A stretch of DNA of 47,235 nucleotides, from NCBI GenBank assembly GCA_051453625.1, contig JBOZIK010000001.1:8698112-8745346 (forward strand). The letters are read 5' to 3'. Position 1 is the stretch's first letter. Every line of letters starts with the position of its first letter. A program made the position numbers and the translations under genes. The stretch comes from Welwitschia mirabilis (Eukaryota). The notes under the pieces were generated by a model. It had not been told where the DNA came from and ran no database searches. It saw only the letters and a program-made list of their open reading frames with translations. This document shows, piece after piece, positions 1 to 11,299 of this stretch.

Positions 1-430
1 TCATCCATGTGAATGTCTTCAAGCTTGGAAATGAGCATCTGGAGCTTTTCCTACTTAACAGTAGATGTTCCTTTATGAGACATTTCAAAAATATCCCAAA
101 ATTCTTTGGCATGTTCATAGTTCACGATCCTTTTGAACTCATCTTTACATATCATACAAAAAATTACATTAAGAGCATGGGAATTTAGGATTGTCTTGGC
201 TTTGTTGGTGGGGGTCCATTAATCTTAAGATTTTACTACCACTATTGTGTTTCCATTAATATTAGTTTTGGATAGTATGAGAATACTATATCCATTGTAG
301 ATTACCTTCTCTATGTCTATATCTAAGGATCTAAGAAATATTCTCATATGGGCCTTCCAGTAGGCATAGTTTATTCCATCAAACATGAGTGGTCTTTTAA
401 TAGAAAATCCATAAGAAAGATTCCTTATAT
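1..430 (-). pseudogene. gag: Sirevirus (Copia) gag N-terminus, degenerate, runs off the window start
   Basis: Minus-strand translation GFSIKRPLMFDGINYAYWKAHMRIFLRSLD matches the Copia gag N-terminal motif and is colinear with 40441-40860 on plus. Confidence 0.85.
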
Positions 431-480
431 TTAAGATTCAAAAGTCTAGACTTATTAGGATCTACCAATGCCTCTACCTA

Positions 481-492
481 GCTCTGATACTA
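481..492 (-). promoter_or_regulatory. Primer binding site, tRNA-iMet type (TAGTATCAGAGC; one G>A from TGGTATCAGAGC)
   Basis: gctctgatacta lies between the LTR end (495) and gag. Confidence 0.85.
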
Positions 493-494
493 AA

Positions 495-1780
495 TAAAGG
501 ATTCTAGAACCTTAGATAAGGGGATGAGTAAGATTTAAAAATAAATAAATTTACAAACTATCTCTATAATTATTAAATACTAAAGTATTTGTGCAAATGA
601 AGAATAAAAACTAATCTAAAAATAAATAACTGAAAATATAAAATAGTAATGGAGATTAATACATAATTTATAGTGGTTTCGAAAACCCTCCTACTTCACT
701 CTCGATTATCAACTTTTACCCAAGCATAATTTGGATCTTTATTAATCACTTTTTAGATATTCTAGATTTACTTGTAACCTTTTACAATTGGACTTTTTTG
801 AGGATTAATCTTAACCTTTATAAAGAATGCTATTTGGTGATAATAGTATGTCATAATGCATAAGTTCCATTAGATTTGAAGCTTAATAATGATATTACTA
901 CACTGCTTGAGAGGATAGTACAATCCAAGAACATACAGTGCAAATTCATTGATGAAGTATAAATGATAACAAAAGATATTTATTCATCTTTGATTAGATA
1001 GAAGATATGCTAATGAGTAGTCTAAAAGCTCATTAAAAAGATATTCAAAAGTGGTATAGTGATTTTGACTGCTGATAAATATATAGAAGAAATAATTTAG
1101 GGTTTTACAAGTGTAATAGATTCTCCAATGGATAAAAACAATAAGTCAAATAGCTAGAAAAATCATATTTCCCTTATGGTCAATCGATCCCTAGAAATAT
1201 CTGGTCACCACATCAAGTATCATCACTAAATTCAGTTACCCCTATCTTCTTCTGATCGATCTATGTTTCTTACAGCTTCATGTTTGGTTGATCTGTTAGG
1301 GATCCAGTCAATCACATGTTTGATTAACTACATTTTAATCTAGTCAATCCCATGTCTAGAAAAATGCAAAATAGTATTTATGACCTAGGTCTAGTTAACC
1401 CCTCAAGAATCTAATCGACTCCTTGATGATAAAGAATGAAAACATTTTACTCTAGGTCTACTCAACCCCTCTGGAATTTGGTTAACCCCTTGATGATTAG
1501 AAGTGATAAATTTATTGCACAGATCTGGTTGATCCCTTTAGAATTTGGTTGACCCCTCTGTAATTTTTTTTGATAATTTATGGTATAAGTTTGGTCAATC
1601 CTTTAGGAATCTAGTTAATCCCTTTAAGGATTTGAAACTTATCAAGTTTAAGTAAGATGTGAGATAAGAGATTTTAACTTCTAACTGATAAGGATTAATA
1701 TTTTTTGCAAAGAATACAACATGTTTTACTAAAATAGAAAATGTTAGTTTAACATCATCTTCACAAATTATAACCCAACA
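495..1780 (-). mobile_element. Sirevirus 5' LTR (~1.29 kb), diverged subfamily
   Basis: Begins TGTTGGG at 1780 on minus and is followed by the PBS. Shares the GGTCGACC-type motif cluster (1177-1625) and terminal sequence with the LTRs at 31950-33378 and 45013-46299. Confidence 0.85.
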
Positions 1781-2636
1781 AAAGCATCATCCATAGTTAA
1801 AGAACACATCATCATCATGTTTACACTTGAAGATAAAGGAATCCTCTTTGTGACTACTTGCCAAACACATTTGTAACTCCCTCCTTATGTAACTACCCTT
1901 AAGTAATTCCTCTTATGTAGCTACCATGTAACTTCCCAACATTCCCTATTATATAGAAGGGTTTTGAGCCCTTACTTATAAGAATCTGTTAGTTGGCTTA
2001 ACATGGGGAATACTTGGGGTTTAGGATGTCATAGTGCTTTAATACTCTTTCTTGGAGATGGAATGATTTGAGGCTAGTTAAAGAGTTTTTCTTCTTCTCC
2101 TCCTCCATTGACGTAATGTATATTTATTTTAGATTATAATACAAGAGATGGTCTAAGCCCTTTCATTATTATTATACATTAATTTGGTAATAGCAATATT
2201 TAAGTAGCACTAGTTCTAGAATTAGTTTAAACCCTTTTATTATTATTGCACATTAACTTAGCATTAGCAATATTTAGACAAGACTAATTCTAAGTGTATT
2301 TCATTCTTTCATTATTATTACATAATCATTTAGCATTAGCAAGTTTTAGGTAGAGCTCACTTGATCTTCAAGTTTCAAGATACAAGAATTAATGAAGCAA
2401 AGGAGGAGAGTTTGATGAATTGACAATATCCTTAGAGCATTTTTACTTCTTTGCATTATCGACTAAAGATCATTTCTTTCTCAAGCTTTTGATTTTCTTT
2501 TTATTTAAGTTTTTCATTACAAGTATAATTAATCTTGTATATTTTGATTAAATTCACCACATATATTCCTATGGAAGAATGATAACTAAGTGAAAATTTA
2601 GCTTTAAATTCAAATCACTACAAAGTTATGATTAGA
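1781..2636 (+). mobile_element. Gypsy (Athila-like) LTR, 3' part, interrupted at 1780/1781 by the Sirevirus
   Basis: Colinear with 23780-24787 (e.g. catgtttacac/taagaagataaagga/gaatc, gttggct...ggggaa...aggatgtcat). Followed by a tRNA-Asp-like PBS. Confidence 0.7.
2155..2365 (+). repeat. About 3 degenerate tandem copies of a ~72-75 bp unit within the LTR
   Basis: ttcattattattay(a/g)cattaa...agcattagcaatatttag recurs near 2160, 2233 and 2306. About two copies occur in the sister LTR at 24185-24320. Confidence 0.7.
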
Positions 2637-2638
2637 TT

Positions 2639-2657
2639 TGGGCACTGTTGCTAGAAA
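2639..2657 (+). promoter_or_regulatory. Degenerate tRNA-Asp-type PBS (ancestral TGGCGCCGTTGCCGGGGA)
   Basis: tgggcactgttgctagaaa directly follows the LTR. The same position in the sister copy (24791-24808) reads tgataccattgtctgggt. Confidence 0.6.
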
Positions 2658-3649
2658 TATATTAGCATTGTAATCTTTTAAGAGTGCATGACTTTCTTCC
2701 TACAACTTTTTAGTTAGTTTTTATTTTTATAGTGATGGGTATTGGTCCTTTTATTAATACTTAAACTAGTCCTTTTCTCTTTTTTTTTGTATGGTTTCAT
2801 GTCTTTCTAGTGATAGGTATTAATCATTTTCTATTAAACCTAAACTAATGCAAATTGTTAAGTTTGATTATCTTTTTAACAACTAAAATTTCATTTTTAT
2901 ATCTAATATTTGAGTTGTAGGTCTAAAAAGTTTTTTGTAAGTGTAATAAAACCTAAGATCGTGAGATAAAACCAAATCAAACTCTAATGATTTATTGTGT
3001 GTTTTGTGTTTTTCTGATTTCTGTAAATCTACATAAATTTTTAAATTTTGTTAGTTTTCTTTTTTGTAAAAAATTTTAAGAAAATTAAAAATGTTAGGTC
3101 TATTTTCCAAAGTTTCCACTTTATAAAATTCTATTGTTTTAGGTTTCTATATAATTTTTATCAAACCTTGTAACCTTAACCATTTTGTCCTAATCAACTA
3201 AATCCTTTGTCTCTTTTTTTAATCCTTTTACTTAATTAGATAGGTACCACTATTGTTCCTAATTAGTACCATTAGCATTCATAAACAAACTGCTCATACT
3301 TTTAATTAAACCCTTTTGTCACCTCTTTGAACCTTTTGAGATTGCAGGCCTTCTCCGAAAATAAGAAAAATATAAAAAATGTAAAGTTTAGCCAAAATCA
3401 TTAATCATTTTCTCAAACTTAAATCATGAGTTGGGCTCTGAATCTATTTTAAACACCTTCTAATTACCAACCTATCTACCCCTATAGTTTTTAGCACCAT
3501 AACCAAACCAAACACATTGCAGAAAACTTTATTTTTTCTAGATAAACCTTTTAAGTGTGTCCTAAAATCCATTTGTATCTAAATCAACTTCCTTGCAATT
3601 ATGCATTAAAAAATTCATATATCCACCCTTAGGAGTTTGATCCAATACC

Positions 3650-4600
3650 TTACTTCACCCCTTATGATTCTTATCCTTTACCAATATATCCATATCCATC
3701 TTTTCATGAATACACATCATCTTCCCTTCATATTATTCATCATTTAACCAATACTCTTCATCTCCTAGAACCAAACGATCCTCTTTAAATTCCTTAGAAG
3801 AAATCCTTATAAGATTCATGAAAGTTCAAATTCAAATAAACCAAATACCTAAGCAAAACATCCAACAGTTAAACTAAGTCAATACACAAATAATAAGTAC
3901 ATTTAACCAACCACAAGAAGAAAATCTTCTTATATGCCATGAGCTCAAAAACTTCAAAAAATTTGAAGGGATTAATGAGAATAATATCAACAATTTTCAA
4001 ACCTTATTTCTTAGGAATGAGAAAGAAAACTTTAAATCCTATAATAAAACCAATGATGATATCCAAGAGGATCTTATATATAGAAACACCTTAAAAAGTG
4101 AAAAAATACATGTAAATAGGCTATACTTCAGAGTAGGATTAGAAACTTTAGATGATGATGATTAATCCATAATAAGTAAGTAAATATTTAAGGGGGGAGA
4201 GAAACTTGAATATTACAAATATATGATAAATACATAGGTAACATTGATGAAAGAAATGATATTAAATTCTTTGAATCTTAACCTATGTTAGTTGTCCAAC
4301 CTATTGAGGAAGAATTCTTTAAGAACCTTAACAAAGAGAACAATATTAACTAAGAGTCTAATCATAAGCCAATATTTAAGAAATCATTTTATTAACACCT
4401 TAAACTAATCATGTCATTTTCATCTCTATCTTTTGAATAAGACTTTAGTGATGAAGGTAAACCCTTTATGCTTTTGGAATAATCTTTTGATACCTTTCTT
4501 GATGATCAATTGCCTTCTTCCATGATTTCTGATCCATCTTTGTCTTCATCCAAAATGATATCTTGCATGAGTTATAAGTAAGTAAAAATAGGCTAAAGGA
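3650..4600 (+). pseudogene. gag: Athila-like gag C-terminal remnant, highly degenerate
   Basis: SLEEILIRFMKVQIQINQIPKQNIQQLN*VNTQIISTFNQPQEENL (~3790-3930) resembles the Athila gag coiled-coil segment, preceded by a P/Y/H-rich stretch. Confidence 0.5.
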
Positions 4601-4770
4601 TTGACAATTTATGATTTAGAACACATAGATTTCACTACTAGTATTGATGTTCTTCCTTAATTTATACATTCATGTTTAAATGCTTACAAGATTCCTTCTC
4701 ATCTTTGAATGTTTTGCATTATTCTAATTTATAATTTAAACCTTACATTTATTATTTAAACCTTTATGTA

Positions 4771-6008
4771 TGTAATACCTTGTAAAATCTCTTTCCAAAT
4801 TTTTAGCTTTTGCATGCTTGTAGAGTATATTTTTTTTTAGAATAGATTTTTCTTTTAGGAAAGATTTCAATCTAAAAAAATTAAAAATCTTTAAAACTTT
4901 ATTCTTAATGCCCTTTCATGCATTAAACCATCTAAGTACTACCACTTTTTAATCATCATCTTAAACATTATCATTTAGAAAAACCAAAATTCCATCCACA
5001 TCATAAAATAATTTACCATCATCTTAATCTATTTTTATCCATTACTTTCCTTGTTTCACCATCTAATAAAGTTCATCAACCACCCACTCCTTCCATCTAT
5101 TCATGAATTCCTTATATTAGATGATCTTAATTAATGATACTTATTTGGAATAAATGGTTATTAAATGATTACTTATCATTTTGAACTAGGTAGAATTTTA
5201 GTTTATCTATAATTTTTTAAGAGAAGGTTTTGTTTATTTTCAAGTTAATTTGTTAAGTTTTAGTTTTTTTTGAGGTCTCCTCAATGGGAGAATTTGATTG
5301 AATTAAGGTGGAATCTATGTTTATGCTAAGTAAATTATTTTCATAGCATTTTATCAGGACAAGAATTATCTTGATTAGGTGAATGAGCTCATGATACCTT
5401 TATGTGCATTAAAAATTTATGAATATGAGAAGGATGATTAAAAAGAAAGAAAATATTCCCTCTCCAAAAGTACATTATTTGTTAACCACTAAAATTGGAA
5501 TTAGTTAACCACATTAAGGCTATAGACACTTGCAAACAATGTAGTTCTAATGATTAAATTTATAAAATGCTCAACTACATTAGGTCTATAAATGCTATAA
5601 TGTTCCAAATACACTATTTGTAAAGAAGTGTATTAAAGAACTAATAAGAAATTAATGAGTTGTTATGAAGGGGTGAGACCAAAAATTTAAAATTTCATCT
5701 TTTTAGTTATACTATAAAAGCCTATGGCATTAGGTGGGGGTGGATAGACTATGTGGATGTAACTAATGACAATTTTGGCTGATCCCTAAGGGTCCCAAGA
5801 GGGATACTCAAGTTGTAGTCTATGTCTTTACCTTTAACCACTAGTCTAAGGTTATTGGCTAAATGATAAGGAATGTAATTTTTTTCTTCTAACAATAAAT
5901 TCTACCTTTTATTAAATTGATCCTTATTATTCTTATCATTCCTACCATATTATTTACATGTTCATTTTTATGTGAAGTAATCTAAAATTAGTGAAAGGGA
6001 ATATTACA
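4771..6008 (+). mobile_element. Gypsy chromovirus (Tekay/Del-like) 5' LTR
   Basis: Perfect 7-bp inverted termini TGTAATA (4771) ... TATTACA (6008), followed by TT + TGGTATCAAA (tRNA-iMet PBS remnant, 6011-6020). Confidence 0.75.
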
Positions 6009-6099
6009 TTTGGTATCAAATTCAATAATAAGTAGTAGACTACTACTTCAAAGAAAAGTAAGGAAGAAACCTATTCTTATAATAAACAAAATCTTAACA

Positions 6100-8430
6100 T
6101 TAAGAAAGTAAGCCAAATAGAAAACAATACATAGAAAAGCTACTGTATAAAAGGAAACAAGGTGCTAGCAAATAGCATAAGGGACATGACATCTTGAACA
6201 TCTGAAATTATGAAACTGCTATTGAAGAGAAAGAAAATTCTCCATGGAAAATAAAACAGGATTATGATCCTCTATGTGTAGAACAAGTGGCTTCACACCA
6301 CTTGGAATCACATCCATCCTAGTGGTTTGATAAGGAATCACTGCAGTGTTAATCTTAACCAAAGAAGAACCCAGTACAGAACCACCTCAGTGATGGGGTA
6401 TGACTTCTTGTAAAGCTTTATATGAAGCTTACTGTAAGCCACGAAGGTCCCCAAAAGATTCTCCTTAGATAGCTTTCCACCATAATATAAAACATTGATT
6501 TTATAAATCATAATAGCCAAATGATCCATGTAAGCCTGGATTATTCTTTCACTATTTGCTAATCAAGTAGATAAAATAGCCTATCTCTTCTTCAATGCAA
6601 CAATCTAGAAAGCATCTACCCATAACCTCTTCTCTAATAAGTGCATGTTCTCTACTTAATTTTCTAGTGTTTGAAGGAAATCACTCATGGATTCCCATTC
6701 CTTTACCTCATGCCAAGCCATGCAATAGAAATATTTCATCATATCAATCAAATTGTACAAATATCAAAGTGGGATAAGCCATTCATGCTATGGAGGACAA
6801 TGTAAGGTAAAGAAAGTAGAGTGACTACAATTGAATTCCTACATAAAATCTATAGCCTTAGAGCAACAATAAGTATAAACATCATCTAGGTGAAATGGAT
6901 GAATGAGCTACATATGCAATAAGCTAGAGAGAGTTTAATACTCTCCTATCTATTTTAGAAGATTCTTAATTTTTAGATAAATGATTTCTACCATTGATAA
7001 TAGTTAATTTGTATAGTATGATATTTAAACTTGCTCATTAAAAATAATTCGATAAGCCACAGGGCAATGATGAGGATATTCTCGAGATTTACAAGTGCCT
7101 AGTAGACTCTAACTTGGAGGCTGAAAGTAGGGGATTAAGTATGACATATTGTCCTAGTTCATTAATGCATCAAAGTCATTAAGGACCTCCTCCCCTTATG
7201 AATCAAAAGGAAACAATAAATCCATGAAGAGGCTAGTGGAAGGAATAGAAGGAAATGGGTCACTTACTACTATGCAGTCCTCTCTTAGATTGTGAAGTAA
7301 AAGCTTCTCCAAAGGTCATGGGGTCAAATTAAAATCATCCTCCATCAAAGTTTCAAAGCATAAAATCTAAAATGGAAAAAAAAAATCCTATTAAGCAAAA
7401 ATATCATGTAAGTAAAAACAATAACAAAGAAGGTAGAAATAAAACTAAGATAATACCCCACAGGGCTAATGTCATCGAGCAAACCTAAGGGGAATTTCTT
7501 CTTCTTTCGATTCCGCATGTACCAAATAGTTTATTAAAGCTTTCTTCCATTTCCAAATGGAATATTTGCATAATCCTAAATCCTTACTCATCTACAAATA
7601 AACATAAATAGGAAAAAAATCATCAGAAATACACTTGGTATCCAAAAACTCGATATGAGGATCCTATCATAGATGAATTAGAAAAGGTACCCTGGATGTT
7701 TCTCTAAGTTTATATTTCCCAAAACATTTATCCTCCATAAATGAGAAAGAATGAAAATGAAGTAAGGATCAAGAAGGAATTTCATAAGAAAATAAAATTA
7801 GAGATGAATCTACTTAGCAAGACCTAAAGGTCTATAAACCACTGGAATCCATGAAAGAAAAGTATAAACCAAGAAGGATGTATGCATAAAATTGCTTATC
7901 CTTATCACCATTCCAATTTAGTTAATTTAATTGCAAAAGAATGGCTAAACAAATAATGAAGGCTAAATCCAAGAAAACCCCACTAACTAGAAATGGTGAC
8001 AAAGTAATTATTTAAGTAGGTATCTCACTCATTCAATCATAAAGAAAAGCCCTACCTATAATCATTTCACCATAATCTGCAAAACATGGTGTAGTGAAAT
8101 TTGTAATGGATACCCTATATGGTGTGTATCCACCTCCTTCATATATATAAAGTCATTTAAGCAATTAGACATAAAATAATGAAAGTCCTCATCAAAATAA
8201 AATACCTTAATATGAATATAGTCATCTTATCTTAATCTGAATACTAACCTTATGCTCTCTTCTAAAAATAGAATAGGACCATGCTAAGGATAAGTTATAG
8301 TAACTATTCAAAAATTAATAGAAAGATAAAAGAGAGTCAAGAATAAAGAGAGCAACCAGATGGTGAAGATGAAAAGAAGGGAATCCACATAGATCTAGAA
8401 GATTAGAGAATAAGATATAAGAAAAACCAT
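6100..8430 (-). pseudogene. Degenerate antisense ORF of a Tat/Ogre-like Gypsy 3' region (PF04195 'putative gypsy-type transposase'-like)
   Basis: Coding-like minus-strand sequence (HIGYPLQISLHHVLQ..., FLGFSLHYLFSHSFAIKL..., MDHLAIMIYKINV...) located upstream of a tandem array and a PPT-like motif, the usual Tat layout. Family call is from recalled motif similarity only. Confidence 0.4.
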
Positions 8431-8849
8431 GNNNNNNNNNNTTGGTAAACTTCCAAGAAATGGTAGGACAAAGTCTTTGAGCCATACCTTAATATATAGA
8501 TGTTACAAATTGAAAGGATTGGGAAAGAACTTATATTTATAAGAAGTTCTAATTACAAAATATCTATATGAAAATATATAAAATCACTAAAAAATAATAT
8601 AAAAGTTCCACGTGTAAGAATGATAGTAAAAAGAGGGAAAAGAAGAGCTACTAATTGGCTAGAAATCATGAGGAAAATGAGGTAAAAATGAGGGTTCAAT
8701 AGTATATTTATAGAAGTGGACCCAGGGTTAACTAAACCATAAGAGTAAAGTTAACTATGGTTAAAAGTTAACTATGGTTAATTAACCCAAGCTTAAAATC
8801 AAACTATAGTTAGAGGATAAGGCTCCATGATAATGGCACATACCAGAGG

Positions 8850-9900
8850 ATCAATGTCACACTCAAAAGGCTGACATTACACTTGTATTTTTAATGTTGC
8901 ACTTAAGTGCTTAACATTTTACTTGCCTCACATCTACCTTTGATAGGTTCTACTCAATCCCCCCTTAACTACACTCTCCTAGCTTGCTTTACAATGAGGT
9001 TTTCAATATTGCATTCCAATCTTCAACATTGCACTTAGGTGTCCTAGATGTTTGGCATTGCACTTTCGTCCACAAGCTCTTGGCATCTCCCACTCATCCT
9101 CAACATCACTCATTTTACTCCTATCTACCTTTTCCAAAGCTCTTTGATCTGATACTTAGATGTCTAATGTTGCACTTGGATATCCCACATTATACTTAAA
9201 TGTTTAATGTTGTAATTCCTTACATAAGGCTCTGACACCTTGAACTTAACTCAAGCATCACTTCTTTCACTCCAAATGTGCACCATGATGAAGACTTCGA
9301 TGTTGTACTTAAGATTTTGACATTGCACTTGGGTGCTTGATGTTATACTTAGATGTTTGACATCACACTTGGATGCTTGAAATTGCACTTAAACCCACAG
9401 CATTATAACACCTCTTATAAGATTCTCGGACTTTGTGTTCCACTATGACATGGCTCTTAGAGAAAGTCCTAATGTCACATTTGAATGTTGATGTTGCACT
9501 CAAGTGTCTAATTTCACACTTGGGTGCCTAAAGTTTCACTTACCACCCTAAGCCTCCAACACCACCCACTCGCCCTCAGCATCATCTATTCTACTCTAGC
9601 TTGCCTACAAAATATTCTCCAATGTTACACTTAGCTATTTGACATTGCACTTAGGTATTCGATGTTATACTTGGGTGCTCGACATTACACTTCCTCTCAT
9701 AAGACATCGACACCTCTCGTTTGACTCTAGTACTTACCACCTTGCTTGTGCTTACTTTGCAATAAACCTCCTAAGTCACGTGAGGGTGTTTGATGTCATA
9801 CTTGACTGTTTGACTTGAATACCCAACATCGTACTTCAATTATGACACTTATGTATCATCCAATGTTGCACTTGAGGTATCCAGTAATACACTTACTTGA
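8850..9900 (+). repeat. Degenerate tandem array of a 20-nt unit (consensus ~GACGTTGCACTTGGGTGCTT) in clusters separated by pyrimidine-rich spacers
   Basis: For example 9320-9391: gacattgcacttgggtgctt gatgttatacttagatgttt gacatcacacttggatgctt gaaattgcactt. Similar clusters near 8890, 9020, 9165, 9490, 9640 and 9790. Confidence 0.85.
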
Positions 9901-9960
9901 TAATTACCATAAAGAGGACTCATGTTAAGGGTTACTATGGCAATCACTAATGACCCTTCT

Positions 9961-10155
9961 AAGTATTTATATAGGAAGTTTTCAAGTTATCTGATGCACC
10001 TCAAGTCCTTATATCTAATTAAGATCTGAGGTTCTTATTCAAGTTTTGATAATGTTTCTTCCATTACTTAGGTACTAAACTCAATTTCAGTACTACATAT
10101 TACCTAGAAACAAATGGCAAAGAAGAAAGAGTAAATCACTTTTTAGAAGATACCA
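9961..10155 (+). pseudogene. pol: Chromovirus (Tekay-like) integrase core fragment
   Basis: Frameshifted translation ...EVFKLSDAPQVLISN*DLRF... LGTKLNFSTTYYLETNGKEERVNHFLEDT matches the rve consensus LHGVPxSIVSDRDPRF...LGTKLxFSTAYHPQTDGQSERVNQxLED. Confidence 0.8.
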
Positions 10156-11299
10156 AAGGAAATTATATTTTTGAAAATAACTTGAATAATATGAGATAAT
10201 AATTACTTTACTTACTATGTAAATATTAACTAATAATTTATTTCAACTAAACTAACATACTAAATACTTTAATAAATAAGAATGAAATAAGTTAAATATC
10301 AAGAGAAGTAACAATTAATCCACTAATCCTTTTGAAAATATTATAGATTCCTCAATAATATTCTAAATAAAATTTAATGATTAAAACCTAAGTTTTAACT
10401 TGATATTTAGTGTCATCTTTCTGTGATAACTAATATGGATCACAAAAACTCTAGATTATGAGAAATTTTACAAATTCAACCTCTAACTTAACAACATATG
10501 CATCATGGATGAGGGAATGAATATGAAAGGTTTATTGGGATATGGTTTTGCACTTCATTTTATTTTTTCTTTTTTCCCCCTTCCTCTTCCTCCTTTCTTT
10601 ATTTAGAATAATACCAAAGGCTTAAAATGTATTAGCTATAGCTAATAAATGCATTGATAGCTAATCATACCTCATATGACACCTATATCATGATTGTCCT
10701 TTAGTACTTTTTATTTCATTTATCCATCAATAGTGTTTAAAAACACTCAAAGGTACATTGAGGGAAGTGTAACCACTATCAAAAGAGTAAGAAGCTACAA
10801 GTGTAATCTTAGACTAGATCATGGTCATTTGACCTTTTAGTGAAGTTTCCATAGTTATCATATTACCTTGCTAAAGGCCCCTCTTAAGGATATTTACCTC
10901 AATATACTTGCAATAGGATAATGTACTTATTTGATTTTGGGTTTAGGCTTATGATGGGATATTAAATCTAGTAATACATGGTGCATAAATCTCAAATTTA
11001 AACAAAAACATTTAGCTAATATAAAATAATTTATTATAACCTATCATTTTATGTTCCTTATTAATTAGATAGTTGGTTAACAATAAAGATGAACCAGGTT
11101 GTTTTGATCACCATTTAGAGAGCTACATGTTGTAAGTAATGATTTTTTTTTTTTGGTATTAGAATTATGGATTAAATATAATATGATTTTTGATATATTT
11201 TATATTTCATTCTTTTAAGGACTAATATAGTCTAAACTATACTTAAGCTCTTGTAAATTGAACCTATCAAAATAATGCAAAACTTATTTAAAGTATTAA

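Noticed and set aside
6595-6777. Short 60-100 aa ORFs scattered through the window as host genes
   Set aside because: They are antisense or off-frame fragments of decayed TE sequence or AT-rich chance ORFs, with no exon structure or domain support.
8850-9900. CRISPR-like repeat/spacer appearance
   Set aside because: Units are degenerate and often directly adjacent, spacers resemble each other, there are no cas genes, and the context is plant retrotransposon.
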